From: Batkoa obscura
Taxonomy: Eukaryota
Direction: 5' to 3'
Length of the DNA stretch: 64,000 nt
Assembly: GCA_030770535.1 (NCBI GenBank)
Contig: JASVEC010000012.1
Location: 930,001 to 994,000, forward strand
The notes under the pieces were generated by a model. The model was given only the letters and a program-made list of their open reading frames with translations. It made no database searches and had not been told where the DNA came from. Below are positions 36,345 through 47,691 of this stretch, in pieces; position 1 is the stretch's first letter, and each line of letters starts with the position of its first letter. The position numbers and the translations under genes are program-made.

Positions 36345-38087
36345 ATGAGCTTAAAAATGAAATTAAGTATCGGAAACTTTTTATTAGCCCGTCTAAAGCA
36401 GTTAGGTATCGATGACATATTTGGTGTGCCTGGGGATTTCAATATGGAGTTCTTGGATTTGATTGAAGACTATGAGAGTATCAATTGGATAGGTTGTTGT
36501 AATGAACTAAATGCTTCGTATGCAGCTGACGGTTATTCAAGAGTAAAAGGAGCTGGATGTGTAGTAACTACTTTTGGCGTAGGTGAATTAAGTGCTATCA
36601 ACGGCTGTGCAGGTTCTTATTCAGAAATGGTCAAGTTAATTCATATTGTTGGGTCGCCATCTATAAAATTACAAAAGGAAGGTGCGTTGTTACACCATAC
36701 TTTTGGTAATGGTAATTTCGATGCTTTCAGAAGCATGTACGAGTTTGTAAGTGTTGATAGTTTGTTAATATCCGATGGAAATAATGTTCAAAACAACATT
36801 GATAATTTGTTAAAAAAATGCATCTTTTATTCAAAGCCAGTTTATATCTCATTGCCAACAGATGTATGCAACGTTGAATTTGAATTTGATTTAACTCCAA
36901 TTGACTATTATAATAATGAAATATATAATAGTAACATCTTAAACAACAATAATTGTAATAACAATACAATTGAAAATGAGATTTTGAGTGAAATTGTTGA
37001 TTTGGTTCAAAAAAGTAAATTCCCAGTAATATTAAGTGATGCTTGTATTCTACGTCATAATTGCAAAAAAGAATTTGAAGAATTTTGTAACATTATTAAT
37101 ATACCGGTCGTCATTTCGCCTATGGGAAAAGGATCCTTTGATGAGAATAACTTGAGCTATATGGGAGTGTTCATCGGAGACATTACACTCAACTCAATAA
37201 CTAAAGAATTCGTTGAAAAGGCAGACTTGATTTTATCATTCGGGGCTATTAAATCGGACTTTAATACTGGTGGGTTCTCGTTCAAATTGCCAGTTGACTC
37301 TACTATCGAATTTCATAGCAACTTTATTCAAGTGTTTGAAAAAGTTCATGAAAATTATGGAATGAAAGAGCTATTACCTAAATTAAGTAAGCTACTTAAA
37401 GAAAAGAATATAAAGTTTCCCAATCAAGGAATTGACTTTTATAAGCATAAAAAAGAGCAAAGCGACACTAATAGCCTAATTAAGAACAATGATACCAGAA
37501 TTAAACAAGAAGTATTCTGGGATTCTATTGAAAATTATTTAAAGGAAGGAGATATCGTTGTTGCTGATACTGGTACTTCGGGATATGGCATTTTAAATAT
37601 TAAATTTCCAAGAAATGCAATTTGTATTACTCAATTTTTATGGGGTAGTATTGGCTTTTCAGTTGGTGCAGCATTTGGGGCAGCGGTGGCAGCTAAATAT
37701 GAAAACAGAAGAGTCGTTTTATTTGTTGGGGATGGATCATTTCAGCTTACTGCTCAAGAGCTTAGTACCATTGGAAGAAATGATTTGAATTGCCATTTCT
37801 TTATTATAAACAATGAGGGATATACAATTGAAAGGTATATTCATGGAGAAAAAAGAAAGTATAATGATATCCAAAATTGGCAGTATTCTAAAGCATTGGA
37901 ATTTTTCAATATTGAGTCGAAGGGTAAATCATTTAAAGTTGATGATATAAATGAGTTGAAGCAAATATTAAATAGTAATAAAGACAATAACAAGTTGAAT
38001 TTGTATGAAGTTATTATGGACAAAATGGATGCACCCGAGTCTCTTAAATCCCAAGCTAAATTGACGGCAAAAGCAAATTATGAATAA
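36345..38087 (+). CDS. PDC1: Pyruvate decarboxylase (ThDP-dependent), intronless
   Basis: FGVPGDFN, NELNASYAADGY, TTFGVGELSA, LHHT, GDGSFQ...NNEGYTIE. Confidence 0.93.
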   Translation: MSLKMKLSIGNFLLARLKQLGIDDIFGVPGDFNMEFLDLIEDYESINWIGCCNELNASYAADGYSRVKGAGCVVTTFGVGELSAINGCAGSYSEMVKLIHIVGSPSIKLQKEGALLHHTFGNGNFDAFRSMYEFVSVDSLLISDGNNVQNNIDNLLKKCIFYSKPVYISLPTDVCNVEFEFDLTPIDYYNNEIYNSNILNNNNCNNNTIENEILSEIVDLVQKSKFPVILSDACILRHNCKKEFEEFCNIINIPVVISPMGKGSFDENNLSYMGVFIGDITLNSITKEFVEKADLILSFGAIKSDFNTGGFSFKLPVDSTIEFHSNFIQVFEKVHENYGMKELLPKLSKLLKEKNIKFPNQGIDFYKHKKEQSDTNSLIKNNDTRIKQEVFWDSIENYLKEGDIVVADTGTSGYGILNIKFPRNAICITQFLWGSIGFSVGAAFGAAVAAKYENRRVVLFVGDGSFQLTAQELSTIGRNDLNCHFFIINNEGYTIERYIHGEKRKYNDIQNWQYSKALEFFNIESKGKSFKVDDINELKQILNSNKDNNKLNLYEVIMDKMDAPESLKSQAKLTAKANYE

Positions 38088-38511
38088 AAGTATTCTTCAT
38101 CTTTATTTTTTTATATTATAACTTAAAATATAAGTGTAATTAAGTAAAATTTATTACTAATAATATTAATAAAAGCGAAATGAAAACATGAATATTAGAG
38201 AATAAAAACCGGAGTTAAATTAATATTTATTAAAAATATTAACTTATGTAAAGATATAAGATGCCATATTAACAAATAGTAAAATAAAAAGTAATAATTT
38301 AAGAAGCAAGTTTATCAGAATGATAAAGTAGGAAAAGCAAGAGAAGAGAAGGGGAGGGTTGTGTAAATTAACTAATTAAGAGAAAAGAAACATGACAATT
38401 ACTTTTAAAAAACAAAAATAAAGAATAAAAAGAAAAGATCCTTAGCTTAACAACAATCAATTACTTTGTTTCACTTTTTTCTTTCGGTTATTGTTATATA
38501 TTAAGCTATAC

Positions 38512-38866
38512 TTAATCTTCTTGTTGCAGCCATTCTTCATAAATAGAAGTTAAATTCTTTGATACCTTTTCTTTTTCTTGCAAATCTATAGGCAGTATCT
38601 TATCTCCTTTTTTAATTTTAATTGAACCTGAGCCGGTTAATGGTTTTGCGTCTGATAAAAGTTAGTACTAATACTTTATGTAGAAATTAAAACATTTTAC
38701 CTTCTAGTTTAACCAAGTCTTCTAGCTAAAAGAATCCAGTTATTATTCAATTCTGTTAAATTAAAATATATTACTTCAGAAATAAGTTTATCAATATCTT
38801 CTTCCTTGAATTTATATCAGCATATTGTAATTTGCGTATATCAATAAGACTTACTTGGGATCCCAT
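38512..38866 (-). CDS. Small hypothetical protein (~68 aa, four exons)
   Basis: Three GT-AG introns join 12-, 30- and 25-nt exons and a last exon into one open frame: MGSQEEDIDKLISELEDLVKLEDAKPLTGSGSIKIKKGDKILPIDLQEKEKVSKNLTSIYEEWLQQED. Confidence 0.65.
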
Positions 38867-39891
38867 TATTATAATTGAAACTCAAAAACTATTTAACGAA
38901 AAGCTAAAAAAATAAATTAACATAACTTGAAACTAAAGCTTTCAAGTTTGAAATTTTTATTTACCTTCCTACTTAAGAGCCAGCTTTTTGTATAAGGTTC
39001 AAGGTTGTCTACTATTTTTTTGTTGAATTACCAATTATGCTTTGGATTTGAAATAATATCCGCCAATCATAACAAATAATTTCTACTAGATTTTTCACTT
39101 TTTTTCCCACAGTTTTGTTCCCGGTTTTTGAAATTAAACTTACCTATTAAATTAGAAGTAATAATTAAAATATCAAGTAAAGTTTTTAAAAAAGAAAATC
39201 AGAAATTAAAAAAATCAATTTTAATTCTTTATATTGTTTATTTAATCGAATATTTTAATTTTTATTGTGGTAGTATTCTTTGTGTATCACTTATTTTTAT
39301 AGTAATACGGTATACCATTAGATTATGAATACTTGTCTAATTAATTGTAGTGTTGAGGTACAATGAAATAATAAAATAATACTCTTATCAACTCACATTT
39401 TAGTTATTTTGTTTGATAAATGCAATTAGTATTATTGCTGATATTAAAAATTAGTTAAATGATTTATACTAAAATAGTTTTAAAAAAATACTAAATCAAA
39501 ACATAATTATAATTCTTTTATTATCTATTTTCAAAAATCTTTAGAAATAAAATAAATGACATTATAAATATTTAATTTATTTAAATATTTTATCACTAGT
39601 TTATTATCAGCTATTTTCAAGAACCTATTCTTTTGTGGCAGCAATTACCTATAAAAAATGCCTAATAAATAGACTAAAGCTCTACCTTCCCACCTTTGAT
39701 AATATCAAAATTTGTTATACTTTTAGCATACAATATCAAAAGTTATAATGAGTTATTACTTTTTATTAATTTTTTTTTGTAATTTGACTTTTATAAAAAT
39801 TTTATTTGATTTAGCTTATTCAATGTATTTTTTTTACAAATTAAATGCCTGTAAAAGTGTTTATTAAAGTCAATATAAACAGTAGGATAGG

Positions 39892-39996
39892 ATATGGGGG
39901 TGTTTTTTGGCTTCATCACTTTTTCCATGTTTTAAACGCTATTTGAGCGGAAAAATTGTTAGTAAAATTCTTGAACACAAAAATACATTCCCATAT
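39892..39996 (+). mobile_element. ~105-bp MITE, copy 3
   Basis: ATAT-GGGGGTGTTTT...AAATACATTCCC-ATAT. Confidence 0.88.
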
Positions 39997-40410
39997 AACT
40001 ATATTAATTTAAAGTTGCCAGTGTTAATAGAAGTTTTCGTACCGAAATTTTAGCCAGTAATATAGTGTAGCTATAAACTATGGATTGAGTTTTTACTATA
40101 GGATAAACGGAAGTACTTTATCGTAGTCAATCAAAGGTCGATATTAATCAAATTAACAAGCTCCAATTGGTCTATTACGGCAAAAAGTGAAAGAAAGGCT
40201 AAATTATAGCGTTCCCACCCAATCGAATGATGGTCAAGGATAAAATTCGAGGATAAAAAGCATCCTAAATAAATCCCTACATTAAGCCTATCCATTGGCT
40301 ATAACATCGTTTATAGAAGTATCACTTTTTCTATCGTACTATTAGTATTAAAATCAAACTCAAAAGTTGTTGTTTTGTTTTTTTATAAATATAAAAATTA
40401 AGATTCAAAA

Positions 40411-41508
40411 ATGGCGTTGTCGTTTACTTTAATTTCAAGTATATTATTGATACTAGGATCTATTTACTATTTTGTTATAAGTAGTAATAAAAAGAGAGTA
40501 CCAGGTAGTTTTATTTTGAATAAGTTAATAATCAATTGACAAGTTTTGTTTTATTTTAATAGTTTTAGATCCCAAGGAATTTAGAAAATTTGAATTAGCT
40601 GAAAAAATCGTTTTATCTCATAACTCAGCCTTGTAAGTAAAACATCATTTATTTTGTCTTTTTTTATTGTTTATATTAGATATCGTTTTGCCTTACCTAA
40701 TTCCACTGATATCCTTGGTTTACCTACTGGTCAAGTAAGTCTAATGACATATAAATAGTAAAAATCAAAATATTTATTAAGTTATGTAGCATATCTCACT
40801 TATGATTATGAAAAACGGCGAACAAGTATTACGTAGTTATACTCCAACTAGTTCTGATGAAGATTTGGGTCACTTTGATTTAGTTATTAAGGTAGATTGT
40901 TAAATTCGTATTTATACGAGTATAATTTAAAACAAAAATAGACTTACGCAGATGGAATAATTTCAAAATATGTATCTGAAATGAAAATCGGAGACACCAT
41001 TGATGTACGTGGACCAAAAGGAGCATTTAAATATGTACCAAATCAATACGAAGAGTTTGGTATGATCGCAGGTGGAACTGGTATTACACCAATGTATCAA
41101 GTAAAATAGAAGTCATTTTATTTAATATTATAATTAATAATAATTTAGGTAATTAAAGCTATCTTAGGTAATCCCAACGATAAAACCAAAGTTTCGTTGA
41201 TTTATGCTAATGTATCTGAAAACGATATTTTGCTTAAAAAAGATCTAGAAGATCTACAATTAAAACATTCAGAACAATTTAAGATCCATCATGTACTTAA
41301 CAACCCACCAGAAAAATGGAACGGTTCTACTGGCTTTGTTACCCGTGAAATTTTGGAAAATTATGGTATCAAAGTATCTAAAAGTAATAAACTTTTATTA
41401 TGTGGTCCTCCTCCAATGATTAAAGCAGTTTCTACTTTTGCTGAAGAAATTGGTTTTGACAAACCTCGTGCTTTATCTAAGATGGAAGATATGGTCTTTA
41501 AATTTTAA
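40411..41508 (+). CDS. CBR1: NADH-cytochrome b5 reductase
   Basis: N-terminal [50 protein letters not shown]. Confidence 0.94.
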
Positions 41509-41629
41509 ATAAATATATGTAAAAATTAATCAAAATTCATTTACTCTTTATACTTATTACTAAATACATATGTACAAAGACACTAGAAATAATAAAGTTT
41601 AACTTTTTACTTAATTTATTAGGATTTTT

Positions 41630-42521
41630 TTAGTTATTGGCAAAGATCCATTCACCAATAGCTGGGGTCCATTCAACAATATCACCCTTTTGACCAAACC
41701 ATAATTGAATTTCTTTGCTAGCTGATTCATAAGAGTCAGATCCGTGAATAATGTTACGGCCAACAGAAATACAATGATCACCACGAATAGTACCAGCATT
41801 AGCGGCTAATGGGTTAGTAGCACCAATCATAGCTCTACCTTGCTTGATGACATCAAGGCCTTCCCAAACCTATATAAAGTGAATAAACATACAAATAATA
41901 ACAAAATTAAAAAACTTACCATAGCAACAACTGGAGCTTTACCATTGGTCATATAATCAACAAGCCCATTAAAGAAAGGTTTAGAAGATAAATCAGCATA
42001 ATGTTGATTAGCTAACTCTTTGCTTGGTACAGTTACTTTAAGAGCAACTAATTTATAACCTCTCTTTTCAAATCTAGAGATAATTTCACCAACTAAACCA
42101 CGTTGTACACCATCTGGTTTAACGGCAATAAAGGTACGTTCGCTATTGCTACCTTTGATTCCTGCAATTGGAGCAGCATCATTTTGGATCTTAGTGTTAG
42201 CTTTGGAGACTAGGGTTAGTTTTATTAGTTATAAATAAATGAATTTACCAGTAGTAAGATAAGAAGTGACAGCACCTGCAGTAGCACCTAAAAGTAAAGC
42301 ATATGGTAAAGCATTGCTGGTTTTTTTGGCGCCTTGGGTGGCAATAGAACGAACTAAAATAGTGGATCTTAATTTTGAAATAGATAATGAAATATAAAAA
42401 TAGTACCTTGAACGCTACGTACGTTGGTACGAGTGGCTATAAAATATGGTAAAGCTCTATACAATATAGTAAATTATTTAAAATTACCACGGACGAGAGA
42501 AGAAAAAGCACGGCTCAACAT
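41630..42521 (-). CDS. NDK1: Nucleoside diphosphate kinase, long (mitochondrial-type) form
   Basis: [43 protein letters not shown]; presequence-like [11 protein letters not shown] plus a hydrophobic segment. Confidence 0.93.
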
Positions 42522-42989
42522 TGTTTTAGTAGTATTTGTAATTGTTATTAAAAATAAAAATTTATTATAGTTAAATGAATTGGTATTTATAGTGTTCTTT
42601 ATTCGAATTTTACTAACAACCAATCAACCTAATATCTTAATTCAATGACAAATTACATTTCTTCACTATTAGGTATTGTTTTCGAGTATATTTCACATTT
42701 AAATCAGGATGCTTTTTATTGGTTAAATTTTTAATTTTTACAATGGCTTAAGTTCAGTAGTTCTATTTTCAGTAATTTGTTTAAAATATTCTATAAATGT
42801 ATATAAAATATTATTTTCTTACATATAAAAAGCTTCATAAAGTTCTTCCAACTAGGTGCTATACATAAATTTGTAATTTTTGTACAATCTGTAAACAACT
42901 TATGAATAAGTATATAATTTATTGTTCAATACAAATATATTTATTAGATTTTTATCAAGTATAATTTTACTACGTAATTATATTTTATA

Positions 42990-44518
42990 ACGTAAATCTC
43001 AATCAAGTGGTGAACACAATGAACCGATTTGGAGATTAAGTAAAAAGTATATGGAAATTTGATTTTTTGCATCTTAAAAATGAAAAACAAAACAAATGGG
43101 TCAAATATAAACTTGGCCATCCAAGCTATTAAAAGGGACCCTAAACTGTCAATTAGAGCTGCTTCTTGGTTATTTTCTATTAGTGCAATTAGACTAGGGC
43201 GTAGGACCAAAGGTATACCTTCAAAAGCAGATAGTATCTCCAATAGCCAAAGATTAACCAAACTGGAGGAGAGAGTGATTATTGAGTATATTGTCAATTT
43301 AGATTCCAGGCAATTTCCTCTTAGGCATGGTGATCTTAGAGAAATGGTCAACTAATTTTCTAATCAACATAACTTACCTTTAGTAGGAAAAATATAGGCT
43401 GCTAACTTTACAAAAAAGCAGCCAGAACTGCAAACTTGTTTTGATAGGAAATATAATTACAAAAGGAATAAAAATGAGAACTTTGAGATACTTGCAGGTT
43501 GATTCGAAAATGTTAAATATACAACTAATAAATATAGCATTCATAGTAATAACATGTTTAGTTTTGATGAAAATGGTTTTATAATTAATAAAATTTCAAC
43601 TTACATAATTATAACAAGTGTTAAAAATATTAAAAAACCTTGTTTATTACAATAAAGGAATATAAAATAAGTTACTTTTATCTAAGGAGTTAGCTTTTAA
43701 AGATAGGCAATTCTATTTTTTTCACTTGTAGCTGGAAAATTTCATTTATTTAATTAATATTGATATAACAATTTGCTTAAAAATCGGGTTATTCCATATT
43801 AACAGTGGTTAAACTCTAAATAAACAGAGTTTAGAATGGATAAAACATTTTAATAAATATACTATTAATTGTAAACAAAATAAACATAGGTTGCTTATAG
43901 TTAGTAGCTATATTAACCATGTTTTATTAGTTTTTAATACTTGTTATAAAAAAAATAATACAACAAGATTATATGTACTATTATATTTAAAAATATTAAA
44001 GTTAGGCTTAAAAAAGCTGGGTTGCATTTTTTAAATCCTGATACTATAGTTTAAAATTAAAATTATAAACTGTTATATCAATTATTAATAAAATATTTTT
44101 AATTATATTTTTAATTTAAAATTTAATAATATTAAAAAATATAAGTAAAGTAATAAATTAGAATAATTATATAAAACAATTAATATTAAATAAATATAAT
44201 AAATTAACCAAACTTGAAAATATTAATAAAGTTTTAAAAAGGTAATTTTCTTAAAAAAGTGCTTTTAATATTAAAAATAATTTTAATTTTTAAAAAAGTT
44301 TAAATGTAATTAATTAAAAGCAGCTTAAATTATTATAAATGATAATTTTTAAAACTAGCTACAAAAAAATTAATAGTAAAAAATATAATAATATTAAATA
44401 TTATACTAATTTTTTTTTTTAAATTTATAAGCTTATTATTATTTATTATTGATTTATGCATAGATAAATTAATTTAAAAATTAATTTATTATAATTACCA
44501 CTTGATTAAAACTTATAC
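42990..44518 (+). mobile_element. Degenerate Fot1/pogo-type (Tc1/mariner) DNA transposon
   Basis: TA flanks; TIR ACGTAAATCTCAATCAAGTGGT versus ACCACTTGATTAAAACTTATAC; HTH region DPKLSIRAAS...LTKLEERVIIEYIVNLDSR; FSFDENGF first catalytic Asp; many stops. Confidence 0.9.
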
Positions 44519-45241
44519 TAACTAAATTTTAATGTTTGATCTAAGTTTATATTAAAATAAATTTTTTAAATATTTAAATATTTATTATATTTTAATATTT
44601 TATAAAAGTTGGTATTTAATAATTGGAATTAAAAGCACTTTTTGCTTAATCAGCTGACTGTAAATCAAAAAGTCTTAGTTTGTATAGCTAAAATAGACTT
44701 AAATTAATAAAAATAGCATATAATAAGTTATAAACTATATAGAATAAGTAATATTATTATAAAATTTATATAAAATATTATAAAGCTTAATAGCTTTATT
44801 AAAAAGTATAATATCAAGAAATAACTCAATGAAAAGCTTTTAATTATTGTATTAAAAAGTTTTTTAAATATTTTGATTACAGTTATATATAAAAAACGAT
44901 AGTAGCTATTTTTTATTATAATTACTAAATATAGATATCAAAATAAAAAAAATAACATTTTTTATAATTAAAGGGTATAGATTTTCATAATAAATCTAAA
45001 TAAAAAACTCCAAATTAGTTATACCTGAATTTAAAAACATAATAACTTCTAATGGCAAAATCACCTAAAGTCAATTAAATCTGTTATATAAATTATAATT
45101 AAATTAATTATAAAACTGCAATTAGTTTTTTAAATAATTTAAGTAATTATTATATTATAATTAGTTATAAAGCTAGTAAAGCAATATTTCATAACTTGAA
45201 TATAATTTTTATCAAATAATAAAACAAATGTTTGCTTATTT

Positions 45242-45702
45242 TGTGAAATATTGCTCCGTCAGTTCTATGATTGATTATAACATAACAAACACTTGAGTCG
45301 TTGTGTTCTCAAGTTCAGGCACAATCAATTCAGAGTCCCTTATTTTGATTTACTGCGAGAATTTCTAATTTCACATCACGAAGAGTATTATCCTCTCGTT
45401 TTGATATCCATACTTGTTGGAGTATAAAAGAGATTCAACATGATAACTCGATGCTTTTTAACTGAATTACTCCCTGATATCGTACCATTAATAAAGCCAC
45501 TAAGTCTTTCTGACACCATCTTACGTAAATTTTACAGTTTTATTGTCTATTCTGTTTGTTTTACATAGTTCGTAGCTTATTATGTGTTATTCCTATCAAT
45601 TTAAGTCTATCTTAGTTACATAAACTAAGACCTTTCAACTTACAGCCAGTTAATTAAGCTAGAATTGCTTTTAACTCCAACCACTGAGTACCAATTTTCA
45701 CA
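45242..45702 (+). mobile_element. Solo LTR, copy 2
   Basis: TGTGAAA...TTTCACA; collinear with 10347-10810; flanks ATTT/ATAT (imperfect TSD). Confidence 0.85.
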
Positions 45703-45804
45703 ATATTAACTTCTATTTAGTTATAACTAATTTATTATTATTATATGTTAATATTTTATTTTATAATTTCTTATTCATAATTTTTTAATTATAAATAATA
45801 AATA

Positions 45805-45905
45805 ATATGGGGATGTGTTTTTTTGTTTAAGAATTTACTAATAATCTTTCCGCTCAAACAACGCTTAAAAATGGAAAAAGCGACGAAACTAAAAAAAACA
45901 TATAT
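45805..45905 (-). mobile_element. ~105-bp MITE, copy 4 (one end eroded)
   Basis: Reverse-orientation match to the family consensus. Confidence 0.8.
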
Positions 45906-46369
45906 ATATATATTTAAATATTAAATTACAAAATAACAACTTTTATTTTAATTTTTATATATTAAAATATTAAAATATTAAAATATAACATTTTTAACAT
46001 AAATATTAAATTGAATTTTTTTAAGAGTTTAAAAAAGCTTATTTTAAGCTATTTTATTTCAGTATTAACAATTTTCATATTTTTGGTGCTATTAACATAA
46101 AAATCAAAACTAATAAATAATATACTATTTCAAACCATATCTTTTAAAATAATTCTTACTACATTTATGTACTTTTATCATTATCAAATTGCATAAAGTA
46201 GTACTATATATAAAAGCCTACCCAGTATACAAATTGATTTTGTTTTAATAAATAAAATTGAATAAAACAATTAAAATTAAGTTAAATCTTTTGATTGACA
46301 TTTTATGAAACATGGACCAAAAAGTTTGCATGGGGCTGTACAAAGGGACAGTTTATAACCTATAAAATA

Positions 46370-47139
46370 CAGTAGCTACAATTAAATTTATGAAGTGGCA
46401 TTAAGTAACCCAAAAAAGTTATATTGCTGTTCTTCCTCCTTCCTATATTATGATTATCATCAATATCAAAAGTAATAATATTATAAACGGTTAACTCAAT
46501 TTTTCCAAGTTGTTTTAAATCACCAAACTATTGTAAGTTGATGTAAGCTTAAATATTCTCTAATTTTCAAATCTAACTTTGTTTCGAAGTTTATGTAATT
46601 AATTTCAGTCTTAGTAGCAATCATTATTGATTTCAATTTAAAACTTTCAGATTATAAAATTGCTCTTTATAGTACCCGATCCATCCAGGTACAAACTTCC
46701 CTTGATATACAATTTTAGTACTTTTAACTTATTAGAGTTCAAGTATAGAATAATATCGTTAGTAAGTATTATATTACACCAAACGCTTTCAACACCTCAA
46801 ACTAATTAAAATAATTCCTGAAGTTTTTAATGCTTCTAAACAATAATAGCTACATTTTCAAAAGCGTCTCTAGCAATATTTAAATGTGTCATTAATATAA
46901 TTTTTCTGGATAAACTTTTGTTGGTAGATTCTGCAGCCTTTACGCTTCACTAAACTATAGTATTCTTGAAGTTTATGGTGATTATGAATTGAAATGGCTG
47001 AGTTGTATTTGACAGCTCTACTAACTACCTTGAATAGGTGTTCATTTAGAAATCTGAACTCAAGTAACTCGAATGGATCCATTAATTTGGATATTTGTAC
47101 TAACAAGATATCTGGTAAGAACTCCAATTGTGTAGCCAT
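46370..47139 (-). pseudogene. F-box/LRR-like pseudogene, dispersed copy
   Basis: MATQLEFLPDILLVQISKLMDPFELLEFRFLNEHL; later fragments align to 8161-9534 up to PLHKFNC. Confidence 0.8.
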
Positions 47140-47691
47140 TTTCGAAAGAAAAACTGGTGAAAAGTGAAGGTTAAACAAAGATAAACACTTTATAATCTTT
47201 GACATAACAGCTATTAACTAGTTAATTGATATCATTACTTGGGCTGTAATTTATTGCTTTTAGGAATCATAAATGTAACTCCCTTATAGATAACGTAAGC
47301 TACTTTATAGTAGTTAAGCCTATAAATATTAATTATTTATAAGTTTCAACTATTTCATAAAAAACGTGAAGATTCTTTAAAAGTTATATTATAAATAGAC
47401 AAACAGCTTTTTCGATTCTAGTATTTTTATTAAAAAATAAACCACTGCAAAATAACTGTGAATCATTTAATAAAAACGGTGCATTAAAAGTAGAATTAAA
47501 TGCTAATAATTTCGTTTAACAATATAAGTACAATAATAATTGGCAACGATATTATCAATATTTTCACTATTTAATTATTGATTTTTGAATTTAACAAAGA
47601 TAGTAAATTGAGAAATATGTTGTCCAATGAGCATCCACTGGTCTACAAAATAAAATAAAAAAAATAGAACTTGAATTAATAAATTTGCAAG

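Noticed and set aside
36345..38087. Intronless PDC as horizontal transfer or retrocopy
   Set aside because: Sequence looks like ordinary fungal PDC and long exons occur elsewhere (RPA1); no poly-A tail or TSD.
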